DNA from: Felis catus
Lineage: Eukaryota
Length of the DNA: 64,000 nucleotides
NCBI RefSeq assembly: GCF_018350175.1
Contig: NC_058368.1
Coordinates: forward strand, 34,846,001-34,910,000
Direction of reading: 5' to 3'
Shown here piece after piece: positions 26,738-40,252 of this stretch (within the stretch, counting starts at the first letter, position 1; each line of letters begins with the position of its first letter). A program made the position numbers and the translations under genes. The notes beneath the pieces are model-generated. The model had not been told where the DNA came from. It made no database searches and saw nothing but the letters and a program-made list of their open reading frames with translations.

Positions 26738-26974
26738 TTTTTTAAAGTTTATTTTAAAGTTTATTTATTTTGAGAGAGAGTGAAAGAGAAAGAAAGAGAA
26801 CACGTGCAGGTGCAGGAGGGACAGAAAGAGAGAGGGAGAGACAGAAAATCCCAAGCAGGCTCTGCACTGACAGTGCAGAGCCTGACACAGGTGTCAAACT
26901 CAGAAACCGTGAGATCGTGACCTGAACTGAAAGCAAGAGTCAGACGCTCAATTGACTGAGCCACCCAGGCACCC
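26738..26974 (-). mobile_element. CanSINE (older subtype)
   Basis: Reverse head gccacccaggcaccc; aatcccaagcaggctctgcactg body. Confidence 0.94.
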
Positions 26975-27044
26975 TACCTACATTTTCTATGTAAACTGTT
27001 TTGAAGCCTAAAAAAATTAGATCAATGTGAAAATAAAAAGTAAT

Positions 27045-27213
27045 TTTTTTTTGAGAGACAGAGAGCACAAGTGATAAAGGGGAATAGAGAGAATCTTAAG
27101 AAGGCTCCATGCCCAGCAAGGGGCCCAAAGCAGGGCTCAATCTCACAACCCCGAGATCATGACCTGAACCAAAATCAAGAGGATGCTTAACCAACTGAGC
27201 CACCCAGGTACCC
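27045..27213 (-). mobile_element. CanSINE (older SINEC_c-like)
   Basis: gagagaatcttaagaaggctccatgccc body; reverse head. Confidence 0.9.
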
Positions 27214-28105
27214 ATGAAAATTAACTTTTATAGAAAGAAAAAATTCAGGTCATAAATGTGAAGTAAGTGTTTCAGGCAATGTACTTTAGAGAATAAAACC
27301 AGGAGATAAAAGATTGATGGGGAACTTTACAATGAGGGCTCAGGATGTAATGATCTGACCCACTGTTTAATCTTAGTATCGCTAAAGTGGTGCAAAGGAT
27401 GAGGCAAGACCTAGATAGTTGTTTCACATTCTTGTGTGTGTTTGATATTTTTCACAATAAACATTTTAAAGTTACAAAATCAAAATATTTTGAAAATATT
27501 TATTCTTCCTGATTCCTCTCAATTAAACTTCTTTCCTACTATTCTATTCTTAACTGGTATTTGGTCTTTCTAACTCTGTCATGTTCCCTGCTCCTTATCT
27601 CATAGGAATACACCAACTCTGGTATTTATCTGAAAGTTCCTTAAACCATCTATATTTTAGAGGCTTCAAAATGAGTATTGATGTGACTCCATAGGAATTT
27701 GATTTGCCCATTTTATGGAGATTTGCTCATTCTTCTCACCAAAATGCAATACAGAAAGCCTATTCAGAATATATTAAAACCCTGTTTATTCATTCAGAGT
27801 AGGTTTTGAAATGGAACATAGATGTGAATTAAATATTCTGGAATTTTTTTCTACATAAGTCATCAGCAATTTTCAAAAGTTTGAACAACAACAAAAATGA
27901 CCTTAAGCATGACACATGTTGCTTCAGAGTTCCTAGACTGTCACATCATTTCTCATTGTACATTACTATGGACATAGAAGATATTGGGACTAAATGTACT
28001 GTAATTGTCATATAAAAATTACATCCATTCAAATGCAACCTCTGATAATCAACTTTGTATACTTATGACTCTATTATTCCAAATAAAGTAGAGAGCAGAA
28101 ATTCT

Positions 28106-28336
28106 TTTTCTTTAATGTTTTTAACGTGTACTTATTTTTGAGAGAGAGAGAGAGAGATAAAGCATGAGCAGAGGAGGGGCAGAGAGAGAGGGAGACACAG
28201 AATCCGAAGCAGGCTCCAGCTCTGAGCTGTCAGCACAGAAACCTACACAGGGCTCGAACTCAGGAAATTTTAAGCAGTTAGATCATGACCTGAGCTGAAG
28301 TGGGCCACTTAACCAACTGCACCACCCAGGCACCGC
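28106..28336 (-). mobile_element. CanSINE
   Basis: TSD gagagcag(g)aaattct on both sides. Confidence 0.94.
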
Positions 28337-28380
28337 TGAGAGCAGGAAATTCTAAAAGATAATTTATAAAATATATTCTA

Positions 28381-28694
28381 CAGGTGAACCTTAGGCACAG
28401 GTTTGAAACTCATGGGTCCACTTTTACACAGCACAGTACTTTCGATGTATTTTTTCTTTCTTATGAATTTTTCAATAATATTTTCTATTCTCCAGCTTAT
28501 TTTATTGTAAGAATACAGTGCATATACATATAACATACACTATGTGCCAATTGACTGTTTATGTTATTGTTAAAGCTTCCAGTCAACAGTAGGCTATTAG
28601 TAGTTAAGTTTTGGGGAAGTTAAAAGTTATACACAAATATTTGACTACATAACAGTAGGTGCCCTTAACCTGCATGCTGTTCAAGTGTCAATTG
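28381..28694. mobile_element. Tigger2a-like non-autonomous DNA transposon
   Basis: Degenerate TIRs caggtgaacctt... and ...tgttcaagtgtcaattg; internal tcaacagtaggctattagtagttaagttttgggg motif; TA at the left flank. Confidence 0.85.
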
Positions 28695-28808
28695 TGCTGT
28701 TCAGTTTTTTTTTCCATATTTTGTATTAAATAGAATGACTTTCAATATTTTTATCATTATCATTGACTGCATGTGTTGACCATTATTAAATTGCTGTAAA
28801 CATTTTTA

Positions 28809-28946
28809 GGGGTGCCTGGGTGGCTCAGTCAGTTAAGCCTCTGACTTCAGCTCAGGTCATGATCTCGTGGTTCACAAGTTTGAGCCCTGCATCAAACTCT
28901 GTGCTGACAGCTCTCTCTCTCAAAAATAAATAAAAACATTAAAAAA
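28809..28946 (+). mobile_element. CanSINE with internal deletion
   Basis: Head and tail present; gtgctgacagctc joins directly to the (CT)n tract. Confidence 0.92.
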
Positions 28947-31268
28947 TATTTCTACATATGCTAGTATATTTCATTACATTTCATGTCTTTCTAATATACA
29001 AAGAACTATTAATTAGAATTTATAGTTTAATTACAATAAATTTTTGGAATATATGTAATTCTCTAAAACATGATATATTTACTTTTCAACAAAGAGAAAA
29101 CTATAAGATTTAGGTGCACAAAAGACACTACAACTGTAATTTGTTCTCAGGGAATTAATGAAGCACAGACCAAATAGAATTAATTAATAAGTTCAGTAGG
29201 CAGACTCAAATATAATCCCTAGTTTATACAGTAAAATCTACTAGTTAACTGTCAAATGCAGAAGCACACCAGAAATGGCCATCTTTACTTGTATATGAAG
29301 ACAATCCCATTTTTTGTCTGATTTACCCTCATTTCTGATAAATATTCCTACCTACTCAACCACACTCATTTACATATTTCTATTAAAGGATATTAGGAAA
29401 TGTCTTGTTCATCACATACAACTATGAAGATCAAAAAAATGTTCATCTTCCAGTTTTTTAATCCTAGCGGAATCTTATTTGATGTTGTTCTCAAGGTAGA
29501 GATGGATATCCCTAAACTAAGGAAAACAGGCAAACTGAATCTTTCCTTCCAGTTGCATAAAAATCGGCAGTAATCAGCCCTGGGACAAGGCTTCACTAAC
29601 CTGAAGTTAGGAAATTATTTTTTATCGTTCAGGAATTTTTAAAATTTGTTGCAATGAGATGTGTTTTCATCTCTTCCTCAGTAGACTTCAACAAATAAAT
29701 GTGGAATGTCAGCAGAATAATGAATATTATTTGTGGAATGTTAAATCGATGATAGAGATATGCACAACATGCCCACCTTGTAGCAATCCCTGATGGACTT
29801 ACTATCCCTATTTTATAGCTGCTGAGGGAGGTTGCCAGACCAGACAAAATCTACACAACTGGGTAGCTCCCTTCAGTGACCTATATGAATCTGAGTTTTT
29901 AGCCACCACCAGGTCCTCATTTCCAGGTGACAGAACTAGTGTTTGTTCCTGACAAGACAATAATAAATAATATACAGTCTCCATTTCCTACACACCTGGC
30001 ATGAAGAGGCAGGCAGGCCTTTTCAAGTTCCTTTATCTCACTTAGACTGAATCCCTTCACTTACAAAAATAGAGGAGGCTTACATAAACAATGCCAATTT
30101 CAGTTTTCTTCTATTCTAGTAGTCTGTAAAAAGGAAAATATTCAGGGAAGGAAAGAATTTTGAAGGCAACTTAATTAAAAATATTTAGTGACTTTGATTT
30201 ACAACCAAGTAAGTTTCAGCTTGAAGAGTAAACTACTTCACATTCTGAATAAAAAGTTAAAAAAAGTCACTAGTACACAAAAAATCACTCCCAACAAAAT
30301 TACTTTAATGACTTGTGGTAAATGCACTTTTGAATGCTGGACAATTTGGAGAGTAGCAGAGTGCTTTATTCTTACAAGGATCATTTGTTCTCTATTTGAC
30401 AAAAACGATGAACATTTCATTCTGTTTTACTTTTAAATGGGTATTATTGTCTTTGTTATTTGACAATGTCAAGTAAAATGTCACACCAATCAGAAAAGCC
30501 CATTCATACTTAATAGGTAAACTGCAGAACAGAATGTACCTTTGACTGATTTATGGCTTGAAAAACCTACATAAACAATGTTGATATTTCCATTTTTACC
30601 AAGTATCAGCACAAGACATTTCACAAATGTTGTTTAAGCAAAACACAACTGCTCGTTGCTATAAAAAACAGTAGCAAGTGACAGAATGTTGTTTTTTTTT
30701 TTTTTTAAACTGCCTATTTACTGAAAATGGGTAGTTATAACAGTAGTATGTTTTAACCTTTAACTTGGTAAACTTTATGTTCATTAACGATCAAAACATA
30801 CTGTTTGAATTTGAAGTTCTTGGAAATGAGGGTTAAGATTTAGAACATCTTTTTGGCAATGTTTACTAACTGTATTTTTATGCACAAAACTGATAATTAG
30901 CATATGAACTTTATAAGTATAGATCCTAAATGCTCTTTCTTTGTCAGAGCCTTGCTAGAATATTCTCTTAAACTTCTTATTCTAAATATCGTGATGTCGC
31001 TTGTTCTCATTTAAATGTTAATATGGTCCACAAGTTTAATTGCATAGCACCTTTCTTATCAAACTCTCTTCTAATTAAGTACTTCAAAAGAGAGGGCAGA
31101 CTTTCTAAACATTTTACAGCTATAATGTTGCTTTACAATCATGTGAACAGATTTCAAATACCTAGAGACAATTTTATGAGAAGAAATTGCTCCGATTTCC
31201 TCTTACTTCTTTAGTTTAATGTATTAAGAATTACAACTCTTTCTTAATGTTGGGGCTGCATTTTTAAG

Positions 31269-31270
<2 letters not shown>

Positions 31271-31318
<48 letters not shown>
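31271..31318. repeat. (GT)n microsatellite, about 24 units
   Basis: Read directly. Confidence 0.97.
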
Positions 31319-31321
<3 letters not shown>

Positions 31322-32604
31322 GCTGATCACTACAAGAATTCAGGAGGAAATGCATTACCCTTGAGTTCCGGGGAACTTAGACAGATTTATGGGATGTATT
31401 TGTGTGCTCAAGCATATCAAGACCTGCATAAAAATCAGTGCATTCCCTAAACTCAAAATCATTTAGTAATCTCTCTTACATCCCATCTCCTTATCAAGGA
31501 GAAACACCCCACAACTACCACTAAAGCTTCAAAAGCCTATCATTTAAAACAAATCTCCAGGAAATCCATTGCTTTTAATATCAGAGGCTTATTACTTGTG
31601 CTTTACATATAGACACAAATGTGGAGATTTGTATTTTAAAAACCTTAAGCTTATATGCACATACACAACTGAAGCAAAGGTTATTAAACACCTTTAACTT
31701 TTTAATTGCAATATCTCTGTTTTATGTCTGAAAAAATCTGGTAAACTCAACCAACAGGAGTGTCAAACCAAAGGTCAGACTAATACCTGGAAAGGTGCAG
31801 CAATGGATTTGGTAGGGGCAAACTGATTAAACTAAGTCAGCTTAATTCAAAGCAGCAGGAGCAACAGATGCTGTTGCCTTTGTTTATTTTCCCTTGTTGC
31901 CAGATGGAAAGAGAGAAATAAATACTAGGACAGAGAAGAAAGCTGTTGAATTGTGTTTCTACTCCATCTTAGCTTGCTGCAACATTTCAACTTGCGAAGT
32001 GGTCTAAGCAAAGTGGTTTACTTTGGAGTGAACTACCCATCCCTGGCAACCGGCTGGAGGCATTGGTAGGATGACAATCACCTACATAAACAACAATGGA
32101 TTTTTTTGTTCTCTCATGAAAAATGAAGTGATTATAATGCATTCTTTTTTGCTGGGAAACCTTACAGCAACTATGAAGGTATGCATTCCCACCCTGGACT
32201 GTATGTCTCTGAAGAGGAGAATTCTGCCCTGCTATCACTACACTTTCAGCAATTTGCATTTATTTGGTATGCAGTAGACACTAAGTAAATGACTAAGATT
32301 TGATACAGAACCAATCTTATTTTTCTAATACTACTGAAGAATTATGAGCACCACATCATGCCTGTGCTATTCTACCACTGCACCTTGAGAAACGTCTTCT
32401 TTTGCACTTCTTTTTGTAGTAGCCCTCCTGAAGTCATATAACCTAAATGGAGTCCATTAATTTTAAATTTAATCATTATTTTTTAAGGAGCTGGTATGTT
32501 TCAGGAAGAGTTAGCATTGGAGACAGTAGTGAAGAAAACATTTTTAAAAAGTCTCATAGAGCTTATGTTAAAAGAAATAAGGACAAATAAATAAATAACT
32601 TAAT

Positions 32605-33120
32605 ATGTATTAGTTTTAGCTTGGGAGCCCTAGAAAACAGAACCTGCATCAAAGTGTCCACATGCCAATTCCTCATTGAGTAGTGTTAAACCGGGGCAGT
32701 GAGAGTGAAGGAAAATTTCAGTGTGTCAGAGGAGGGTGGGAGAAACCAGAAGGTGATGTGTTACCAAGGTGGCCACTGCTTCACGGTCATGGTCATTTGC
32801 TATTGAGGAATAGCTCTGAACAGAGTTTCAAGAAAACTAATACAAGTCATTCAAAGACAAGAAGGAATGGAAAAGTATCTGCCTGTCTTCAGATTCTTTC
32901 CTATTATTTCTATTTCTCATTAGGCAAAGTTTCTCACCACTTCCCCCAACTCCCCACCCCTTGTCTGTGGCAGTGGTGATCCTGTGGTGGTGGTGGTTAA
33001 ATTCTGTGGCCCTTGGAGCAGCTGCTGGGGAAACCAGCATGTCTCCTAGTATGGAGCTTCTTTGGAGTTTGGTAATGTTGGTAAGAGCCAGAGCCCCTTT
33101 GATTCATGAGTAAATTTAGG
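32605..33120 (-). mobile_element. ERVL LTR remnant (LTR16-like)
   Basis: cttgggagccctagaaaacagaacctg...gttaccaaggtggccactgc resembles reverse LTR16. Confidence 0.5.
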
Positions 33121-33199
33121 TGCCATTATAAACTTCATCAATACCAGCAGTTGGCTCATCAGTGGCATGTACCCCAAATCAGGCTGATTCATTCCCTGA

Positions 33200-33530
33200 G
33201 TATATCATTCTCACCCAAAAGAGAAATATGTCATGAGCTTACAATGGATTGATGATGTAACCCTTGGGTTGCCTATGGTCTTCTCTTTCTTGGGAGGAAA
33301 CCATACGGAGCAAAAGGGAGAGAAGTAACAATGAGGCAAATGAGCAGAGAAAGTTGAAAAATTCTGGTGCCTTTGATGTCATTCCTTTGGGATGTTAGAT
33401 AATTCCTGGTTCCAACTGCTTTCTGTTTGATTTAGTCAGCTACCTCAAAATTTTTACCAGACCACTTTGTTTAAGCTGCTTTGTGTTGGGATTCTGTCAT
33501 TTACAATTGAAATAAATCCTGCCTAATGCA
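33200..33530 (+). mobile_element. MaLR LTR remnant (MLT1J/K-like)
   Basis: 3' terminus ttgtttaagctgctttgtgttgggattctgtcatttacaattgaa...cctaatgca. Confidence 0.6.
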
Positions 33531-33899
33531 GCATGTATTATTTTCTTCATTTTTCAGAAAAGAAAATGGAGACATTAAGTTATTTGCTGAGCATCATTGA
33601 TTTAGTTATTTTGACTAAATCATAGCAGCCACTCTGGTATGTGTGCCATTGATAGCAATCAATTGTTACATATTTGCTGAGAATTACTACATCAAAAACT
33701 ACATAAGGACACTAAGTTATATCAAATATAAATTAATCTGACAGTTGATTCAAAAAGTACTTTCCAATATTCCAGAGTTTCAGGCTAATCATTAGGAATG
33801 CAAATATAAATTTTATGCAACTCTGGACATTTTTAGGAATTTTTAGTATGTCGTGATAAGTATTTTGCCTGTTTGTCAATTCTGTCTTAGAGTAAGAAT

Positions 33900-34120
33900 G
33901 GGAACTAATGTTACTCAACCCTACTATACACAAGGCATTGTGTTTCACATACATTATCTTACTAATCACACTTATTCCTCCCCACAACCCTGTCATTCTG
34001 CCTCTCCAATGTAGAAACTGACCCACGAAATGGTTAAGTAATTTTGTATCAAGTTGCTTGTATTTGGGAGAGATGGAGCTGGGTCTAGATATGCCTGACC
34101 CTGGAACCTTTAACTAATAC
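33900..34120 (-). mobile_element. MIR
   Basis: cctccccacaaccctgt...gaaactgacccac...ggttaagtaatt core. Confidence 0.7.
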
Positions 34121-35327
34121 ATCATGAAGCAAAATAATAATATCACATTTATGTTATTGTGGGCTTTGGATATATGGTAAATTTAAGGAAATTCTATGTA
34201 CCTCTGGCAGTAAACCAAATAAACACTTATAAAGTATAACTATGACATATAACAAATATCTCATTCTAAAAAGTCTAAGTATTTCTAATGTATGAAAGCC
34301 ACATACAATATATTAGTGCTAAAGAAAAAGTAAACTGGAATTTTAATCATATATCAATGTGAAGCTAGTGATTAACATACACCAGAAGGTCTCCTTTCTT
34401 TTCTACAGCATGTAATTACTCTAAATATATTAGTGCATATATTAGCATAATTGTTTCACATATTGCAGAGTACACTTAAATACTCATAGAAAAGATGTAC
34501 ATACTATTCTATATCATTCACTCCAGTGACTATTTCAATTAAACATAACATTAAAAGTATATATAAGTGTGTATATGTGTGTGCATATATATGCATATAT
34601 TTATATGCATACATATATATTCAGGTTTTAGAAATGTATTGCCCCAGATATTCTGAATATGCAGATTGGTCTTGATAAACACAAAGAATGCTTTCTACCC
34701 TTGGTTTCCTTGTTCAGATATTTTAATTCATTCATCTCCTTAAAAATCCCCAAAAAAGTCTATTCAAATTTTTTTTCAAATATACTCCAAAGTTTAGACT
34801 TTGGCTCATAGGATACAGTGAAAAAGGAAGACGGGGTGGGTAATCGTATCTAACAATTATACAACCAAAAACCAAAAAGTTTAGACATGATACAAGTTTA
34901 CCTCCAGATATATGGGAAAATGTGAAAAAAGAAAGAAAGAAAGAAGAAAAACAACCATACATATTAATGAGGCACCAACATCTAATCACAATCTATTCTC
35001 TCATACTAGTTCAATCAACAAATTGGTACAGAAAATAATGACATACATGTAGGAAAACTTAATGTTTATAAACAAATTCAGTTACATATCTTTGAAAACA
35101 ATCAAGCTTAATAGTTTAACATTTTATCAGACAAAATATGAGAGATTTGTAGAAGTTACAAACAAGAACAGAAATAAATTGAAAAATATTAAGAAACATT
35201 ATAGAACAAACTGCATCAAATTATCTCCATGCCCCAAAATATAAGAAAAAGCTAAGGAAGGATATATATATATAATTACCTGTTGGGATATGAGATCTTT
35301 CAAATATGGTAGAGTTTGTATTTTAAT

Positions 35328-35532
35328 TTTTTTTTCAACGTTTATTTATTTTTGGACAGAGACAGAGCATGAACGGGGTAGGGGCAGAGAGAGAGAGAGA
35401 CACAGAATCGGAAACAGGCTCCATGCTCTGAGCCCTCAGCCCAGAGCCCGACGCGGGGCTCAACTCACGGACCGCGAGATCGTGACCTGGCTGAAGTCGG
35501 ACGCTTAACCGACTGCGCCACCCAGGCGCCCC
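35328..35532 (-). mobile_element. Young SINEC_Fc-type SINE
   Basis: CpG-rich. Perfect 16-bp TSD gagtttgtattttaat at 35312-35327 and 35533-35548. Confidence 0.97.
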
Positions 35533-35589
35533 GAGTTTGTATTTTAATAACCATGTCCATATTGTTAAAATAGTCTGGTAAATTCACCT

Positions 35590-36194
35590 TTAGTATTGTT
35601 TCCCAATTATTTCCAGCTCTGCATTTTCCAGACACAAGTAAGATGGCACCTCCTATATCCCTTGAGGTTGGATTGTGAGAAAGTTGTAAGAAGGGAAAGG
35701 AGTTCATGTGATTGGTACAACAAATGAATTATGAGGAGGCCAAACCATATAATAGCTGATAAGAGATTCTCCAGAGTTTTCTTTTCCTCTGCCTAATAGA
35801 CTCGCAATTTTCGATATGGAGCCACATTTTTTAGGATACAACACAGTAGGTCAAGCCTAGGTCAGATGAATTGAAGTCATGCCAATCAGAACCCTGAGTA
35901 GGACTTCAAAGGACATGTCAATTAAGCAAGAAACATTTTATTTTATAACTTTATAACATTATAATGTCATTAAGATTTGAAACTTTCTTCAGGCACCTGG
36001 GTGGCTCAGTTGCTTAGGTGGTCGACTCCTGATTTCGGCTCAAGTCATGATCTCACATCATGAAATCAAGCCCCAAGCTGGGCTCCATGCTGAGCACCAA
36101 ACCTGCTTAAGATTCTCTCTCCTTCTCTCTCTGCTCATCTCCACTTGTGTGCATGTGCACATGCTCTTGCACTCTCTCAAATTAAAAAAAAATG

Positions 36195-36245
<51 letters not shown>

Positions 36246-36292
36246 AGACTTTCTTGTTAATGCAGCATAACTTAGCCTATCCTGATTGATAC
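35590..36292 (+). mobile_element. MaLR LTR (MLT1I/J-like) interrupted by a SINE
   Basis: Ends ttgttaatgcagcataacttagcctatcctgattgataca, a typical MLT1 terminus. Confidence 0.7.
35991..36241 (+). mobile_element. CanSINE with (GT)n in its tail
   Basis: TSD tttga(a/g)actttctt at 35976-35989 and 36242-36255; (GT)n at 36198-36242. Confidence 0.92.
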
Positions 36293-36678
36293 AGAAATAT
36301 CATTTTTGTTCTTTTCAAATAGAGTAATAATTTATTTGGTGACATCCTAGTGATGAAAAAGTCAGAATGATGTGTAATAGTTATAAAAGTATTTCCAAGT
36401 GCTAGTTTAAATAACAAAAGATTGTCTCTCAAGTTCTATCTCAGCATCATTTAAGTAAACTCTAGAAATAAATGACAACATTAACATCCCTGAGGAAACT
36501 AAGTCAAGGGTTTACCCTGCACTTAGATATAAATGGCTGTACCCCAATGACTTTGGCATACTTCAAATATTATCTATAACATTGAAGAATTTCACAGAAA
36601 ACACTAAAATGTGGCAACATTGAAGTAATCACTAAATACTTAGTTTCTATAAAATCAGAATTTGAAAATGCTTCTGTT

Positions 36679-36934
36679 GGGGCAACTGGGTGGCTCAGTC
36701 AATTGAGCAACTGACTCTTGGCTTCATTTCAGGTCATGATCTCAGGGTTGTGGGATCAAGCCCCACATAGGGCTCAGTGCTAAGCATGGAGCCTGCTTAA
36801 GATTCTCTCTATCTCCTTTCTCCCCTGTCTCCCTCTTGCTCTCTCTCTCTCTCAAAAAAAGGAAAAGAAAGAAAGAAAGAAGAAAAGAAAAAGAAAGAAT
36901 AGAAAAAAGAAAGAAAGAAAAGAAAGAAAGAAAA

Positions 36935-36981
<47 letters not shown>
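36679..36981 (+). mobile_element. CanSINE with (GAAA)n-expanded tail
   Basis: Head GGGGCAACTGGGTGGCTCAG; GAAA array at about 36862-36985. Confidence 0.93.
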
Positions 36982-36983
<2 letters not shown>

Positions 36984-37339
36984 AACTGCTTTTCTTAATA
37001 AAAGCATTTATCAAGTTAACTGTTTTATAGGTAATGGGAAGATAAAACAGGAAATATAAAGGGTTTTTCATAACAAAAGTGGTGCCAGAGGGGTAACTAA
37101 AAGTTGAGATGTCAGTAAAACTCCTCTCCAAATAAGGATTACATAGGGTGAAAGGGTTGGAATTAAATATAGCCTACTTGGATTTCCACATCCAGTTCTG
37201 AATTGGGAAACTGGTAAGGCTATCAAACCCCTTATATGGTCTGAATCCCAATCTCTCTGATCGTCTCAGAAACTAACTTGCTGTATGACATATTCACTCT
37301 ACTTTGTGCCCTTAACTTTCTCTTCTACGAGCTTCTTTA

Positions 37340-37554
37340 TTTTTTTTAAGTTTATTTATTTACTTTGAAAGAGAGAGAGAGCATGTGTGCACAAGTGGGG
37401 GAGGGGCAAAGAGAGAGGGAAAGAGAGAATCCCAAGCAGGTTTAGCACTGTCAGCAGAGAGCCTGACGCAGGGTTCGATCTTACCAGTCTGAGAGCATGA
37501 CCTGAGCCAAAATCAAGATCCAGCCGTTCAACTTAATGAGCCACCCAGGCACCC
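37340..37554 (-). mobile_element. CanSINE (older subtype)
   Basis: TSD tctac..gcttcttta on both sides. Confidence 0.93.
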
Positions 37555-37699
37555 ATCTACTGGCTTCTTTAGAGCTTAGTTTACTGCTCTACTCTCCTCT
37601 AAGAAAAAAATAATCCTTCCTAAATTTTCTTATCTATTGCCCTATCTACTCCTCTTTTTTTTATAGAGTTTCTGTATTGTCCCTTTTCTAATTTCTGAT

Positions 37700-37930
37700 C
37701 ATTTCCCTTTTTGATCTCCAATTTTTCAAACCTGCGCTATCTCTCTTCCTCTCCAAACACTCAATATAAACTTCTCTCACCTCCATAATGCTAAATTGAA
37801 CAGATGATTTCAAGAATTTCCTCTTACTGAACTTTCAACAGTGTTTGACAGTGATATCACCTGCTTTCTTTCAAAGCAAAGCACTCTTTGCCTTTGTTTT
37901 TCAATAGTGAGAGCCCAAGGATTTCTGTAT
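37700..37930 (+). mobile_element. L2 ORF2 remnant
   Basis: ctgaactttcaacagtgtttgacagt resembles the L2 RT motif LDLSAAFDT. Confidence 0.55.
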
Positions 37931-40252
37931 AAGGAGGCTTAGGAACAAAAATTTTATTGTAAACATCCTGCTAGGAGATATGCACGGTAGCTGCATTTTT
38001 CCTAATCATTTTTCATGTTAACGCAAAGTATGTTTCCATATGAAAAGTAAGGTGGGGACTCTGAAACAATTGGGGTGGGATTGATGCACTGGCAGATCTT
38101 GCCTGACCCCCACCTCCTACGACTTTCCTTCTGCCTCTCCAACCACTTATCACGGTGCCCTTTTCAGACTCCTCTTTATTTCACTTCTACGTTAATGTTC
38201 ATCAAGCTTATCAGAGGCCCTTTGACCATTATACCATGTGAACTGTGATCTAGTCCCCTAAAAATTTTAACTGAAATAAAAGTAAATAAAATTCATTTGA
38301 GTTACTTTAGAATTCTCTAGAAGGGGAGTTGTGATTTATTGGAATGATGAAATGAACACCGGTTCTGATGAACAGTGGGACAGGAATTGTTCCTGTTCTC
38401 CTCAGGGCTGGAGCCAGCCATGGGGAAGCAGCAGCTGCCTAAATTCCTTCTGCTCCTCCCTCTGCATTAACCTCATCCTCCTCATTCTTATTGGGTAGGC
38501 TTGCATTATTTTCTATTCCCGTGTCACAAATATAGGTACCACAGAATGACTGCTTGATCTCCGGGATTTACATAAAATAATCCTAGTTACCAACACAGAT
38601 TGGCCGGCCCCTGTGAGTCCTAACTCCATTCCCCAGGAGGGAATCTTATCACATACATAGTTTCCTCCACCTATTAAAACCAGTCTGCTCTAATATTAAA
38701 ACTGTCTTTATATAATTTTAATATACTTGAGTTGCTTCCCAATAAAATCTCTTTCATAATTTAGCAATTATAATGTATTCCAACTTTTAAGCACCTCAGA
38801 TATTTCACCCTGCATAATACCTTCTCTTACCACCCCTGCACTTGCACAAAGAAAAAGAAAAATATAGTATCAGTGCTGAAAGGTAAGCTCAGCTAATCCA
38901 GTCCCTGTTCTTGTAAGGAATTTCAATGAAGAAAAAAACATGTATCTTTTGTTCCAGGCCATTGGAACAAGTCAAAGGCAGAGAAACACTACGACCCAGT
39001 TTCCCCAAGTTCAGTCCATTGCTACAGTTGCTCACTACACTAGAAGTGGTCCCTTTGCTCCTGCAATTTAATAAAGGTAGAAAAGATTGAATTTCCTAAC
39101 TTCACCCAAACCAATTAATCAGCGAGCAAATTAAAGTCAGCTGTGGATTGAAACTCTCAGTCACAGTTTGGACACTGTACCATTAGTTATATTATTGACA
39201 AAGAAAATCAGATTTATAGATAGCAGCAGGGCATTTTTGGAAATGAATATGATTCTTCATATTATTTTTCTCAGGTTGCCTATTATAGAGTTATATTCAC
39301 ACATAATTATTGAAAAAAAATAGTATAAGTGTTGCCATTTTAAGTCCAGTTGCCAATATAGAGTTCTAACAATTAAATTGTGTAGTTACAATACTGGAAA
39401 CTTCGCTTTGCCACAGGAAGTTTCCTTATCTGAAATGTCATGTTAATACTAGGCAGATAGTTCTCTTCTAGAGTAAACATATCAGTCTTAATCAGAAAAT
39501 CAAAACAAACCCCCCAAATCGTAATATTACATTTTATCCTTAAAATACCAGGTTTAAGCTCTTGCTAACACTACGATTTTGCAGAGCCTGGAATTATGTG
39601 CTTGAAGGCTATTTTTATTTTTTTCTGAATTGGTGTCTACTAACTCTCCAGTAGCTGTCATATGGGGTTTGGTAACACTTCAAATTTAATGACCCTAATT
39701 ACACCTAAAATGCTTTTGTAACAAGTATGTCAGTATTTTATATATTTTGTTCATAACTAAATGAATTTGAAGAGAAATACAGCACTCTTAGGCTTATAAA
39801 TTGCATGATTACACATTTGGTAGTCTTAAATCTCAATAATCTAAATATACATCAATGGTACACCAAAAACCTCCAGAATTAGTTAGCAAAAATGGTACTT
39901 TTGAACATCTAATCTTACTATCTGTAGGTTTACTGGACATGTTGATTACCTTTTCCTACTCTCGAATATATATTGTGCTATTTCTGGACATGCATATTCT
40001 AACTAATGAGATCATAGAGCAAAACGAGAGAATAAGTAATTAGAATCCTAGAGTAGCAACTATTTCACGCTACCCCTCAAATTCTAAAATAAATTATGCT
40101 CTCTGCTCGACTCATTTACCACTTCCTTATTTAGGAATCCATTCAAAGACCTATTATACAATAGCATACACACGTATTTTTAAATATAATAATTCCATCA
40201 CTTTTTTACAAAAGAAGCTCAAATATATAATTCAACATTTAAAAATACTTTA

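Larger units (their letters stand above)
22880..27480 (+). mobile_element. Cluster of old L1 fragments (ORF2 and L1MB/MC/ME-like 3' ends) carrying several SINE insertions
   Basis: ORF 23395-23583 (GTFRNLLNLIKCIYKK) is L1 RT-like; gggagaaaatatttgca and cagagacttcaccaaagaaga motifs; 3'UTR motifs to about 26520 and at 27240-27470. Confidence 0.8.

Noticed and set aside
38343..38370. Box C (ATGATGA) and box D (CTGA) motifs
   Set aside because: Spacing is far too short for a C/D snoRNA, and the site lies in a probable LTR remnant.
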